Assembly (NCBI RefSeq): GCF_000179635.2
Contig: NC_014833.1
Span: 1,950,001 to 1,982,000 of the forward strand
DNA: 32,000 bases
From: Ruminococcus albus 7 = DSM 20455
GTDB taxonomy: Bacteria > Bacillota > Clostridia > Oscillospirales > Ruminococcaceae
Direction: 5' to 3'
Shown piece by piece: positions 16,830 through 26,377 of this stretch (positions within the stretch are counted from its first letter, which is position 1; every line of letters starts with the position of its first letter). Both the position numbers and the translations under genes were made by a program. The notes below the pieces were generated by a model, which was not told where the DNA came from, made no database searches, and saw only the letters and a list, made by a program, of their open reading frames with translations.

Positions 16830-18041
16830 ATGGAAAAACGCTTTGTTTACGCTGATAATGCGGCAACTACCAATGTATCTGATAATGCATTGAATGCTAT
16901 GCTTCCGTATCTTAAAGAACAGTACGGGAATCCCTCAAGTATTTATTCACTTGGAATGGATGCTGCCAAGGGCGTGCTTAATGCTAGAAAACAGGTGGCT
17001 GAAGCCCTTGGCGCTGCCCGTCCTTCGGAGATATATTTTACCTCAGGAGGTTCTGAGGCTGACAATCTTGCTATAAAAAGTGCTTCAGAATTCGGCGCAA
17101 AAAACGGCAAGCGACATATCATCACCACAAATATTGAGCATCATGCTGTACTTAATACCTGTGAATATCTTGAAAAACATGGTTTTGAGGTAACGTATCT
17201 CCACGCTGACAGTGATGGTATCATCTCACCGGATCTGGTCGAAAAAGCGATTCGTGATGACACTGCTGTCGTTTCTGTTATGGCTGTCAATAACGAGATA
17301 GGCAGTATCCAGCCCATAAATGAAATAGGTGAGATATGCCGCAGCAAGGGCGTGCTTTTCCATACGGATGCTGTTCAGGCGACCGGGCAGATTCACTATG
17401 ACCTTCAGAATATGAAAATTGATATGCTTTCTCTTTCAGGTCATAAATTCCACGCGCCTAAAGGAGTCGGAGCACTTTACGTCAGAAGCGGTATACCGAT
17501 TGAAAGTCTGATCCACGGTGGTGCACAGGAGCGTGGAAAGCGTGCCGGCACTGAAAACGTTGCAGGTATTGTTGCCATGGGTGCTGCAATAACCGATGCT
17601 GTAGAGTTTATAGATGAACGCAATATCCGTCTTGCGAAAATGCGTGACAGGCTTATTGATGGTATACTTTCCGAGATACCTTATTCTCGTCTGAACGGTG
17701 GAAGAAAACACAGAAGCTCGGGTAATGTTAATGTCTCTTTCCGTGGCATAGAGGGCGAGAGCCTTATACTTGCGCTTGATATCCGCGGTATAGCAGCATC
17801 TTCGGGATCTGCTTGTGCAAGTGGTTCTATAGATCCCTCTCATGTCCTTACAGCGATAGGGCTTGATGCCGAACTTGCAAAGGGTTCGCTAAGGCTGACA
17901 CTCGGTGACGGCAACACCGAGGATGATATCGACTATATCCTTGAAGTTCTTCCCGAGACTATTAAACGTCTGCGAAGTATGTCACCCATGTGGCAGAGGA
18001 TATGCAGAGAAGAGGGAATAACTGACTATACTGTAATATAA
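16830..18041 (+). CDS. nifS: Cysteine desulfurase, NifS/IscS class (YrvO-like partner of MnmA)
   Basis: PLP lysine motif [10 protein letters not shown] and active-site loop SSGSACAS. Lies immediately upstream of mnmA. Confidence 0.9.
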   Translation: MEKRFVYADNAATTNVSDNALNAMLPYLKEQYGNPSSIYSLGMDAAKGVLNARKQVAEALGAARPSEIYFTSGGSEADNLAIKSASEFGAKNGKRHIITTNIEHHAVLNTCEYLEKHGFEVTYLHADSDGIISPDLVEKAIRDDTAVVSVMAVNNEIGSIQPINEIGEICRSKGVLFHTDAVQATGQIHYDLQNMKIDMLSLSGHKFHAPKGVGALYVRSGIPIESLIHGGAQERGKRAGTENVAGIVAMGAAITDAVEFIDERNIRLAKMRDRLIDGILSEIPYSRLNGGRKHRSSGNVNVSFRGIEGESLILALDIRGIAASSGSACASGSIDPSHVLTAIGLDAELAKGSLRLTLGDGNTEDDIDYILEVLPETIKRLRSMSPMWQRICREEGITDYTVI

Positions 18042-18054
18042 AAGGAATAACACT

Positions 18055-19137
18055 ATGGCTATAAAAAAAGTACTGGCTGCTATGAGCGGCGGTGTTGACA
18101 GTTCGACTGCTGTCAAGCTTCTGCTCGATGCGGGTTATGAAGTAGCAGGTGCCACGATGCACCTTTATAATAATGAGGATATCGGTATCCGTGAAAAATC
18201 ATGCTGTTCTCTCAATGATGTTGAGGATGCACGTCTTGTAGCATTGAAACTCGGTATAGATTTTCATGTGTTCAATTTTTCAGATGAATTCAAGACCTGC
18301 GTTATGGATAATTTCGTAGATACTTATCTCGCAGGAGGAACACCGAATCCATGTATAGAATGCAATAAGCATCTGAAATTTGGCAGATTTCTCGATAGGG
18401 CGAGAATGCTTGGATTTGATTATATAGCTACGGGTCATTACGTAACTTCTCACTATGATGATGCAAGCGGAAGATGGCTGCTTAAACGTTCTGCTGACAG
18501 TTCAAAGGATCAAAGCTATGTACTTTACGGCATGACTCAGGATCAGCTGGCTCACACGATATTTCCTGTGGGAGAAATGAGCAAACCGGAGATTCGAGCA
18601 ATCGCTGAAGAGAACGGTCTGATAAACGCCCATAAGCGTGATTCTCAGGATATCTGCTTTATACCAGACGGTGACTATGCAAGCTTTATAACCGAGAGGG
18701 CAGGGGAGCAGCCCGAGGGTGATATCGTGCTTTCCGACGGTACTGTACTGGGCAGGCACAAAGGGCTTATCCACTATACTATCGGTCAGCGCCGCGGTGT
18801 GGGGGTTTCTTACAGCGAACCCCTTTTTGTTACCGCAAAGGACATGGTATCGAACCGCCTAATTATGGGTACAGCAGAACAGGTCTGCTCAAAAAGGCTT
18901 TCCGCACATGATGTTAACTTTATCACTTTTGAAAAGCTGACCGCACCACTGCGCTGCACCGCCCAGACGAGATATCATCAGAAGGATGTACCCTGCACAG
19001 TTTTCCCAACAGGCGAAAATACAGTCGAGGTCGAATTCGATACGCCGCATAAGGCAGTATCAAAAGGACAGTCGGTGGTATTCTACGACGGCGAATATGT
19101 CATCGGCGGCGGAACTATCAGCGGTACGGAAGTATGA
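18055..19137 (+). CDS. mnmA: tRNA 2-thiouridine(34) synthase MnmA
   Basis: PP-loop AMSGGVDSS, the CCS...NPCIECN Cys motifs, and typical length (360 aa). Confidence 0.93.
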   Translation: MAIKKVLAAMSGGVDSSTAVKLLLDAGYEVAGATMHLYNNEDIGIREKSCCSLNDVEDARLVALKLGIDFHVFNFSDEFKTCVMDNFVDTYLAGGTPNPCIECNKHLKFGRFLDRARMLGFDYIATGHYVTSHYDDASGRWLLKRSADSSKDQSYVLYGMTQDQLAHTIFPVGEMSKPEIRAIAEENGLINAHKRDSQDICFIPDGDYASFITERAGEQPEGDIVLSDGTVLGRHKGLIHYTIGQRRGVGVSYSEPLFVTAKDMVSNRLIMGTAEQVCSKRLSAHDVNFITFEKLTAPLRCTAQTRYHQKDVPCTVFPTGENTVEVEFDTPHKAVSKGQSVVFYDGEYVIGGGTISGTEV

Positions 19138-19478
19138 AATTCACTGTAAAAGAGAATATCCACGCTTCGGATATCAAAAAATATCTGCCAAAGAAATTTG
19201 CCTCTCTGACAGGGAAGTTCATCACCGATGAAACGGTGAATCTCATAGTCTTCCACGATGACCGCAAGAATACCATAACAGCCAGAAATGCCGAAAAAGC
19301 CATTTTTCGCATAACCGACAAGACTTTAGTCACCTACTGTTACGGCAGTAATTTTACCGTTGAAGCACAGGATATCATCCGTGCAAATAAAGGCAGAGTC
19401 TATTCGCTTTTTAATTATGACTGGGACGAGAAAAGCCTGTTCAAATTTAAAAACGGCGAAATAGAACAAAGCTCGTGA
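19134..19478 (+). CDS. Hypothetical protein (114 aa), translationally coupled to mnmA
   Basis: Its ATG overlaps the mnmA stop (ATGA at 19134-19137). No recognisable motif. Its stop is embedded in the downstream terminator stem. Confidence 0.55.
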   Translation: MKFTVKENIHASDIKKYLPKKFASLTGKFITDETVNLIVFHDDRKNTITARNAEKAIFRITDKTLVTYCYGSNFTVEAQDIIRANKGRVYSLFNYDWDEKSLFKFKNGEIEQSS

Positions 19479-19503
19479 GCAACTAAACTCACGAGCTTTG
19501 TTC
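19464..19503. terminator. Bidirectional stem-loop between convergent genes
   Basis: Perfect 16-bp stem GAACAAAGCTCGTGAG/CTCACGAGCTTTGTTC with an 8-nt loop. A U-rich tail exists only on the minus-strand side (TATTTCGCCGTTTTT). Confidence 0.7.
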
Positions 19504-19537
19504 GTATATTAAACAGATTTTTCCGTTCTTCCAAAAA

Positions 19538-20335
19538 TTATGAATTAGAGTCAAGCGCTTCTCTTACGCTTGCAACAAATTCACCAACAGGCTCAACGCT
19601 GTCTGCGCCATATTTTTCCACGATATTAACTATCGCCGAACCGATGATACAGCCGTCACAGTAGGATGCCATTTTCTTTGCCTGTTCGCCGTTGGATATA
19701 CCAAAACCTATGCAGGCAGGGCAGTAATTGCCTTCTTTGAGAGGAGCCAGCAGCTCGTTAAAGTTAGTACTTATCTCATTACGTGTGCCGGTTACTCCCA
19801 GAGATGATACTATATAAAGGAAGCCCTTGCTTTCCTCAGCTATCATCTTTACGCGCTCTTTTGATGTGGGTGCGACAAGATAAATGCTTCTTACTCCTGT
19901 CTTTTCGGAGTATTCCTTGACTTCGTCACGCTCCTCGAAAGGCATATCGGGTATGATAACACCGTCTATCTGAACGTTCTTGCAGTTGTTGAAGAACTTC
20001 TCTGTACCGTAACGGAAAACTGTGTTCAGGTACATCATAAGCAGTATGGGCTTGTCCGTATTGTCGCGGAGCCTGCTTACAAGTTCGAATATCTGGTCGA
20101 GGTTGGTGTTGTGTTTCAACGATCTCAGTGAAGCACGCTGGATCGTGCCGCCCTCAGCTATGGGATCGGAGAAAGGTACGCCTATCTCAACGATATCACT
20201 GCCTTTATCGAACATTTCAAGTACAAGCTTTTCTGTGGTGGCAAGGTCTGGGTCGCCCGCCGTTATGAAAGTTACAAGTGCCTTTTTACCCTGAGCTTTG
20301 AGGTCTTCAAAGCAAGCATCTATCCTATTTTTCAT
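19538..20335 (-). CDS. trpA: Tryptophan synthase alpha chain
   Basis: 265 aa with [17 protein letters not shown] and GFGIS motifs. Overlaps the trpB stop by 11 nt. Confidence 0.93.
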   Translation of the reverse strand: MKNRIDACFEDLKAQGKKALVTFITAGDPDLATTEKLVLEMFDKGSDIVEIGVPFSDPIAEGGTIQRASLRSLKHNTNLDQIFELVSRLRDNTDKPILLMMYLNTVFRYGTEKFFNNCKNVQIDGVIIPDMPFEERDEVKEYSEKTGVRSIYLVAPTSKERVKMIAEESKGFLYIVSSLGVTGTRNEISTNFNELLAPLKEGNYCPACIGFGISNGEQAKKMASYCDGCIIGSAIVNIVEKYGADSVEPVGEFVASVREALDSNS

Positions 20336-21515
20336 CTAACTCAACTCCTCTGTATCTTGCTATTGAATAAACGTCCTTATCTCCTCTGCCCGACAGGTTT
20401 ATAACTACTATCTGATCTTTGCTCATCTGGGGGATGATCTTCATAGCTGCCGCAACAGCGTGGGCTGATTCTATCGCAGGGATAACGCCCTCGGTCTTTG
20501 AGAGGTATTCAAAAGCCTGTACAGCTTCCTCATCGGTTATGCTGTAATAATCAGCTCTGCCGATTGAATGCAGATAAGCGTGTTCGGGGCCTATACCGGG
20601 GTAGTCAAGTCCAGCCGAGATAGAATATACTTCATCTATCTGTCCGTACTCATTCTGTAAGAACAGTGACTTCATACCGTGGAATATACCAAGGTCGCCC
20701 TTTGCGATGGTAGCCGCGTGTTCGGGTGTATCAACTCCTCTGCCTGCGGCCTCAGCACCGATAAGTCTTACGCCCTTATCGCCGATGAAATCATAGAAAG
20801 CACCCATAGCGTTTGAACCGCCGCCTACGCAGGCTACAACTGCATCGGGAAGCCTGCCCTCTTTTTCAAGCATCTGTGCCTTTATCTCCTCGCTGATTAT
20901 CTTCTGGAAATCGCGCACCATTGTGGGGTAGGGGTGAGGTCCCATAACGGAACCTATGCAGTAGAATGTGGTGTCGATGTTTGAACACCAGTCGCGGAAA
21001 GCTTCGTTTATAGCGTCTTTCAGAGTTGCCGTACCGCTGTCAACGCCTGTCACCTTAGCACCCAACAGGTTCATTCTGTAAACGTTCAGGGACTGTCTTT
21101 CCATATCGGTTGAGCCCATATATACTTCACATTCAAGACCCATCAGTGCGCATACGGTAGCGGTAGCAACGCCGTGCTGACCTGCACCTGTTTCGGCGAT
21201 GATACGCTTTTTTCCCATCTTCTTTGCCAGCAGCAGCTGACCCAGAACATTGTTTATCTTGTGGGCACCTGTGTGGTTGAGATCCTCTCTCTTGATATAC
21301 ACCTTAGCGCCGCCGAGATCTTTTGTCATCTTCTCAGCGTAATAAAGCATTGATGGTCTGTTTGCGTAATCGCGGTAAAGCTCGCGCAGCTCCCTGTTGA
21401 ACTCAGGGTCGTCCTTGTATTTGTCGTAAGCGGCTTCCAGTTCATGTACTGCAGTCATGACTGTTTCGGGGATATACTGTCCGCCGAAATCGCCGAAGCG
21501 TCCTATCTTATCCAT
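20325..21515 (-). CDS. trpB: Tryptophan synthase beta chain
   Basis: [20 protein letters not shown] (PLP lysine), GGGSNAMG. Confidence 0.95.
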   Translation of the reverse strand: MDKIGRFGDFGGQYIPETVMTAVHELEAAYDKYKDDPEFNRELRELYRDYANRPSMLYYAEKMTKDLGGAKVYIKREDLNHTGAHKINNVLGQLLLAKKMGKKRIIAETGAGQHGVATATVCALMGLECEVYMGSTDMERQSLNVYRMNLLGAKVTGVDSGTATLKDAINEAFRDWCSNIDTTFYCIGSVMGPHPYPTMVRDFQKIISEEIKAQMLEKEGRLPDAVVACVGGGSNAMGAFYDFIGDKGVRLIGAEAAGRGVDTPEHAATIAKGDLGIFHGMKSLFLQNEYGQIDEVYSISAGLDYPGIGPEHAYLHSIGRADYYSITDEEAVQAFEYLSKTEGVIPAIESAHAVAAAMKIIPQMSKDQIVVINLSGRGDKDVYSIARYRGVELDEK

Positions 21516-21518
21516 TGA

Positions 21519-21881
21519 TCATACCTCTTTCTTACTGTTGAACTCTATTGTTTCATCGCCGATGAAGCAGTTTATCATAGTACGGTATACCGCTTCTGTT
21601 ATATCGGGATCGGCTCCGTATAACTCTGCCTTTGCACGAACGCCTGCGATGACCTTTTCAACTCTGTCGGGAGCTTTCACATCATCGCTGTTCTTTTTGA
21701 AGCCTGCCGCCTGCTTTACATACTGTCCACGCTCGGCTATCAGCTTCACTATCATATCATCGATGCGGTCGATGTCTTTTCGTACCTCGCCGATGTCATT
21801 GCATTTTTTGGTATCGTTTCGTATCATCTCTGTGTCGTCCGGTATGTGGTCGTATACTTTCGTATCCTTTGGTATCATCAT
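21519..21881 (-). CDS. AroQ-class chorismate mutase-like protein (single helical domain), embedded in the trp operon
   Basis: The core IGEVRKDIDRIDDMIVKLIAERGQYVKQAAGFKK....APDRVEKVIAGVRAKAELYGADPDITEAVYRTMI follows the AroQ pattern (R..ID.iD..l..Ll..R......K......d..Re..v). ATGATGA overlap with the trpC stop. Its own stop is 1 nt before the trpB ATG. Confidence 0.7.
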   Translation of the reverse strand: MMIPKDTKVYDHIPDDTEMIRNDTKKCNDIGEVRKDIDRIDDMIVKLIAERGQYVKQAAGFKKNSDDVKAPDRVEKVIAGVRAKAELYGADPDITEAVYRTMINCFIGDETIEFNSKKEV

Positions 21882-22666
21882 ACGCCCTCACGCAGTTCGT
21901 GAAGCTTATCCGTGATGCTTTCGGCTCTCATGAGTGTTTCGCCTATCAGCACTGCATCAGCTCCGCTCTCTCGTACAGCTTTCATATCTGCGTTGGTGTT
22001 TATGCCGCTCTCGGATACGAACACGGCACCATCGGGAGCGTAGGGTCTCAGCTTTGAAGCTGTCGCAAGGTCAACTTCAAATGTTTTGAGATTTCTGTTG
22101 TTCACACCGATGACCATGCCCTCACGGTCGAGAGCGTAGCACTGCATCTCTTCCACCGTGTGCATCTCACCAAGTACGCTTAGACCCAGTGTTTTAGCAA
22201 GCTTGAAAAGCCTGTCAAAATCAGGTATATCCAGCACTGCCGCTATCAGCAGCACAGCGTCTGCACCCAGGGCGGCAGCTTCGAATATCTGGTACTCGTC
22301 AAAGATGAAATCCTTGCGCAGTATCGGGATATTCACCGCCTTGCGTATATCTGCAAGATACTGCGAACTGCCCTGAAAATAATGCTCTTCTGTAAGACAG
22401 CTTATTGCATTCGCACCTGCTGCTTCGTATTCCTTTGCAAAGTCCACAGGGCGGAAGTCCTCACGTATAAGCCCCTTTGAGGGGGAAGCTTTCTTAACTT
22501 CACATATGCAGGAGAGCGTATCCTTTTTCAGTGCCTTTTCAAGTGAAAGGGGAGTGCGCTCTGCCAGCTGTATCTCAGCCCTGCGGCGCATCTTGTTCAG
22601 CGGACAGCGTTCTGTTTCGTTCCTGAGCTGTATCCTGCGCTGTGCAACTATATCATCAAGTATCAT
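21878..22666 (-). CDS. trpC: Indole-3-glycerol-phosphate synthase, monofunctional (no TrpF domain)
   Basis: 262 aa with ICEVKKASPSKG, LRKDFI, GVNNRNL and SESGI motifs. Confidence 0.92.
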   Translation of the reverse strand: MILDDIVAQRRIQLRNETERCPLNKMRRRAEIQLAERTPLSLEKALKKDTLSCICEVKKASPSKGLIREDFRPVDFAKEYEAAGANAISCLTEEHYFQGSSQYLADIRKAVNIPILRKDFIFDEYQIFEAAALGADAVLLIAAVLDIPDFDRLFKLAKTLGLSVLGEMHTVEEMQCYALDREGMVIGVNNRNLKTFEVDLATASKLRPYAPDGAVFVSESGINTNADMKAVRESGADAVLIGETLMRAESITDKLHELREGV

Positions 22667-22670
22667 AGCT

Positions 22671-24305
22671 TTATCCTCTGTTTGTAAACTCGATCAGCTT
22701 GTTCAGCTGTGCCAGTGCCGCACCGCTGTCGATGGCTTCACGCGCCATTCTTACACCTGCTTCGATGTTGTTTGCCTTGCCGCAGGCATAAAGTGCAGCG
22801 CCCGAATTGAACAGTACGATATCTCTCTTAGCGCCCTGTATCTCACCCTTGAGTATTCCCAGTGTGATCGAAGCATTCTCAAGTGCGTCACCGCCGACGA
22901 TATCCTTCTTCTTAGCGGTTGTAAGACCAACGTCTTCGGGCGTAAGTGTGAACCTGTTTATCTGACCGTTATCTATCTCTGCAAAATAAGTGGGAGCAGA
23001 TATAGATATCTCATCAAGTCCGTCACTGCCGTATACAACCAGTGAGTGCTTGACACCAAGGTTTTTCAGAACGTTCGCTACGATGTCGATAAGTCTTTCT
23101 TCGTAAACACCGATAACGTTGTATTCAGCATTTGCGGGGTTAGCAAGAGGTCCGAGTATATTGAAAACAGTTCTGATACCGCTCTGTGCTCTTACGGGTC
23201 CTACAAATCTCATAGCCTTGTGATAACTCTGAGCAAACAGGAAGCTTACACCTACCTCATCAATACAAGCTGCTGCTTTTTCCGGCGTGGAAGCTATCTT
23301 TACGCCAAGAGCTTCAAGCACATCAGCCGCACCGCTTCTTGATGAAACGCTCCTGTTTCCGTGCTTAGCCACAGCCTGACCACAGGCAGATACTACGAAG
23401 GAAGATGTAGTTGAGATATTGAAGCTCTGAGCAAGGTCTCCGCCTGTGCCGACTATTTCAAGTACCTCGCTGTTGTGAGGCACCTTAGCCATTTTATCTC
23501 TCATACCTTCCGCACAGCCCGTTATCTCATCTATTGTTTCAACATTCATCCTCATAGCTGTAAGCAGCGCAGCTGTCTGAGCATTTGTAGCGCGGTCTCC
23601 CATTATGATATCAATAGCGTTCCTTGCTTCATCACGTGTAAGGTGCTGTCCGTCAACTACCTTTGCAATATAGGGCTTCAGCTCTGTTCTTTCGGAATCA
23701 GGTACTACAGTTATCTCTGTTGCAGCAACATCTATACCTGCAATCCTCAGAAAATCTGCGATTATAACCGAACCGTATTCGGTAAGTATGCTCTCGGGGT
23801 GGAACTGAACTCCGTAAGTCTGATGCTCGCGGTGCTTCAGCGCCATTATCTGACCTCTGTCATCCGTACCGATTATTTCAAGACAGTCCGGAAGACTTTC
23901 TTTTTCAACTATAAGTGAATGGTATCTTGCAGCATCTATCTTGTTTTTAAGACCTTTGAATATTGGCTGGGTATTATCTATTTCGATAGTAGTCTGTTTA
24001 CCGTGCATCTGTTCGGCTGCGTGTACTATATGCCCGCCGAATGCTTCAGCGATGGACTGATGACCAAGGCATACTCCGAATATCGGGATCTTTCCGCTGA
24101 AGTGTCTTATAGTTTCAACAGATATGCCTGCATCCTTTGGATAGCAGGGACCCGGAGATACTACAATTGCCTGAGGATGAAGTTTTTCTATCTTCTCAAT
24201 AGTTATCTCGTCGTTGCGTACTACTTTTATATCATTATTCAGCACACCTATCGCCTGATAGAGATTGTATGTGAAGCTGTCGTAATTATCAATCAAAAGG
24301 ATCAT
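22671..24305 (-). CDS. trpD: Fused anthranilate synthase component II (glutamine amidotransferase) / anthranilate phosphoribosyltransferase
   Basis: N-terminal MILLIDNYDSFTYNL...GVCLGHQ...QFHPES is the triad GATase. C-terminal GTGGD...NISTTS...KHGNRSVSS is TrpD. The ATG at 24305 has a GGGGGT RBS and lies 19 nt after the trpE stop. Confidence 0.92.
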   Translation of the reverse strand: MILLIDNYDSFTYNLYQAIGVLNNDIKVVRNDEITIEKIEKLHPQAIVVSPGPCYPKDAGISVETIRHFSGKIPIFGVCLGHQSIAEAFGGHIVHAAEQMHGKQTTIEIDNTQPIFKGLKNKIDAARYHSLIVEKESLPDCLEIIGTDDRGQIMALKHREHQTYGVQFHPESILTEYGSVIIADFLRIAGIDVAATEITVVPDSERTELKPYIAKVVDGQHLTRDEARNAIDIIMGDRATNAQTAALLTAMRMNVETIDEITGCAEGMRDKMAKVPHNSEVLEIVGTGGDLAQSFNISTTSSFVVSACGQAVAKHGNRSVSSRSGAADVLEALGVKIASTPEKAAACIDEVGVSFLFAQSYHKAMRFVGPVRAQSGIRTVFNILGPLANPANAEYNVIGVYEERLIDIVANVLKNLGVKHSLVVYGSDGLDEISISAPTYFAEIDNGQINRFTLTPEDVGLTTAKKKDIVGGDALENASITLGILKGEIQGAKRDIVLFNSGAALYACGKANNIEAGVRMAREAIDSGAALAQLNKLIEFTNRG

Positions 24306-24324
24306 ATCAATTACCCCCCAGTTA

Positions 24325-25800
24325 TCAGAGTCGAGCCGCTTCCTTAACGGCATTTATTACTGCCAGAGCTTTATTGCAGCTCTCTTCATATTCATTCTCA
24401 GGAACAGAATCTGCGACTACACCGCCGCCTGCCTGTACATAAGCCTTGTTATTTTTGAAAAGTACCGTGCGTATCGCTATACAGGTATCAAGTGAACCGT
24501 CAAATGCAAGATAACCAACTGTTCCTCCGTAAAGACCGCGCTTTGTAGTTTCAAGCTCGTCGATTATCTCCATTGCCCTTACCTTGGGTGCACCTGAAAG
24601 AGTACCTGCGGGCAGAACAGCCATCAAAGCATCCAGAGGCTTTTTATCGTCCTTTAGTTTGCCCTTAACGTTTGATACAAGGTGCATAACCTTTGAATAT
24701 CTTTCCACTACCATATAATCTGTAACTTCTACGCTGCCGAAATTGCTGACTTTACCTATATCGTTTCTTCCAAGGTCTACCAGCATGGTGTGTTCCGCTC
24801 TTTCTTTAGGGTCATTTACAAGACGCTGTTCGTTCGTGATGTCTTCATCATGAGTAGCACCTCGTTTTATCGTACCTGCGATAGGTCTTGTAACTACTGT
24901 GCCGTTTTCAACGCTTACCAGCATTTCGGGAGAAGCACCTGCAAAAGCGTAATCAGCGTGCTTGAAGTAGAACAGATACGGCGATGGATTTGTTGAACGC
25001 AGCATTCTGTACACATCAAAGCTGTCGGGTGGATTATCTATCTCAAATCTCTGGGATGGTACTATCTGGAAGATATCACCGTCTTTGATGTATTCCTTAG
25101 CCTTGCGAACATTATCAAGGTACTGCTCTTTTGTGATGTTTGATCGTACCTCGATATCGTCGGGCATCGGTCGTTTCTTTTTGGTTTCAGGCTGATAGCT
25201 TTTAAGTGCCACTACTATATCAAGTGCTGTCTGTTCACAAGCTGCATATTTAGCATCGATATCATCTGAGGAATTAATATTGAGGATAATAACAGCCTTG
25301 TTACTCAGATGGTCATAAGCCACCAGCTTCTCAAACATGAACAGGTCAGCATCAGCCATACCAAGATCATCATGAGGTGGGTTATTCAGCTTTTTTTCCA
25401 TGTATCTTACCATATCGTAAGCGAAATATCCCATAAGACCGCCTGTGAGTTTCGGATAACTGCCGAATCTTGGCGACTTATGCTCCTCGATTATTTTTGA
25501 AAGAAAACCGATAGGGTCATCGATCTCCTTCTGCACTGGAGCTTTGCCTGCCTGCTTTATTGTCATTATACCGTTTCTGAGTTCATATTCCGCTTTCGGA
25601 TCTATGCCGACATAGGAATATCTGCCCCACTTGTCCTTATTGTCTACCGATTCAAGTATGAAGCAATCCTCATACAGTTCGTGCAGACAGTTGAACAGTT
25701 GTATAGGTGTACAGCTGTCCATCAGCAGTTCATAGAATACAGGAACTGTTTTATAGCTTTCCAGATATTTTTTTACGTCTTCAAGATTAGGATACAGCAT
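24325..25800 (-). CDS. trpE: Anthranilate synthase component I
   Basis: CFILESV...GRYSY N-terminal regulatory motif and a C-terminal chorismate-binding region (GTLSGAPKVRAMEII, GLYGGTVGY). The ATG at 25800 has a GGAGG RBS. The track start at 25836 is a TTG. Confidence 0.92.
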   Translation of the reverse strand: MLYPNLEDVKKYLESYKTVPVFYELLMDSCTPIQLFNCLHELYEDCFILESVDNKDKWGRYSYVGIDPKAEYELRNGIMTIKQAGKAPVQKEIDDPIGFLSKIIEEHKSPRFGSYPKLTGGLMGYFAYDMVRYMEKKLNNPPHDDLGMADADLFMFEKLVAYDHLSNKAVIILNINSSDDIDAKYAACEQTALDIVVALKSYQPETKKKRPMPDDIEVRSNITKEQYLDNVRKAKEYIKDGDIFQIVPSQRFEIDNPPDSFDVYRMLRSTNPSPYLFYFKHADYAFAGASPEMLVSVENGTVVTRPIAGTIKRGATHDEDITNEQRLVNDPKERAEHTMLVDLGRNDIGKVSNFGSVEVTDYMVVERYSKVMHLVSNVKGKLKDDKKPLDALMAVLPAGTLSGAPKVRAMEIIDELETTKRGLYGGTVGYLAFDGSLDTCIAIRTVLFKNNKAYVQAGGGVVADSVPENEYEESCNKALAVINAVKEAARL

Positions 25801-25844
25801 AATGATAACCTCCATTTGTTTATTTTCCCGAAGCAAAATGGCAA

Positions 25845-26155
25845 TAAAAAAAGCCCCATCATCTCACATGACTTCTGTCATGGGACGATAGAACCGTGGT
25901 GCCACCCATTTTCCCGACAATAATATTGTCGGCTCACAAGGTACGCACTATCAGGAAACACCCTCAAGATCAATACCCTTCCGCACTAACGTAGGGAACA
26001 CGGCAGGAGATACTCGTAAATAACTTTAGCTCCGCTCCTCACAAACCCATTCATTGTATGCCCTTGTACTGTCTCGCACCTACCGACAGCTCTCTGATAC
26101 TCCCTCACACAACTACTTACTTTTGCTCACAGGATTTCGTATATCAAATTTTCTG
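25845..26155 (-). promoter_or_regulatory. T-box riboswitch leader, tryptophan-specific (specifier UGG)
   Basis: Minus-strand reading. Stem I elements GUAUCAGAGAGCUG...GGUGCGAG. Specifier-loop context GAA-UGG-G, with UGG at 26049-26047. T-box sequence AAAAUGGGUGGCACCACGG at 25912-25894. Terminator hairpin ending GGGGC plus U7 (25852-25846). Confidence 0.88.
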
Positions 26156-26161
26156 TATTGC

Positions 26162-26190
26162 ATTATATTACTTTTTTTACCATTTGTCAA
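26162..26190 (-). promoter_or_regulatory. Consensus sigma-A promoter, TTGACA-17-TATAAT, of the trp operon
   Basis: Minus strand: TTGACA (26190-26185), a 17-nt spacer, TATAAT (26167-26162), directly upstream of the T-box leader. Confidence 0.8.
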
Positions 26191-26308
26191 GTGGTTTTTA
26201 ATAAAAAGTTGTGTTAACTTTTTGTGAACTTCACTAACTGACTTTGTTTTTACGAAATCATGACCTGTACCTGATTGATCATAAATCTACATTTGTCCGT
26301 ATTTAGGA

Positions 26309-26337
26309 TTGACTTTTTTTGTATAGTCTGTTATAAT
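26309..26337 (+). promoter_or_regulatory. Sigma-A promoter, TTGACT-17-TATAAT, for the hydrolase/DUF1349/nitroreductase genes
   Basis: TTGACT at 26309-26314, a 17-nt spacer, TATAAT at 26332-26337. It lies 40 nt upstream of the ATG at 26378. Confidence 0.75.
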
Positions 26338-26377
26338 TGATAATAGTTGATTTTATCAGATTTATTGAGGTGATCAT

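Noticed and set aside
21519-21881. The 120-aa protein as a non-orthologous replacement of TrpF
   Set aside because: The sequence pattern is that of an all-helical AroQ domain. PRA isomerase chemistry (an Amadori rearrangement) is known only from (beta/alpha)8 barrels. I keep it as a question, not a claim.
25837-26160. A leader-peptide (tandem Trp codon) attenuator or TRAP-binding (G/U)AG repeats upstream of trpE
   Set aside because: The region is fully accounted for by a T-box leader with specifier, T-box sequence and terminator. I saw no short ORF with tandem UGG and no 11-fold triplet repeat series.
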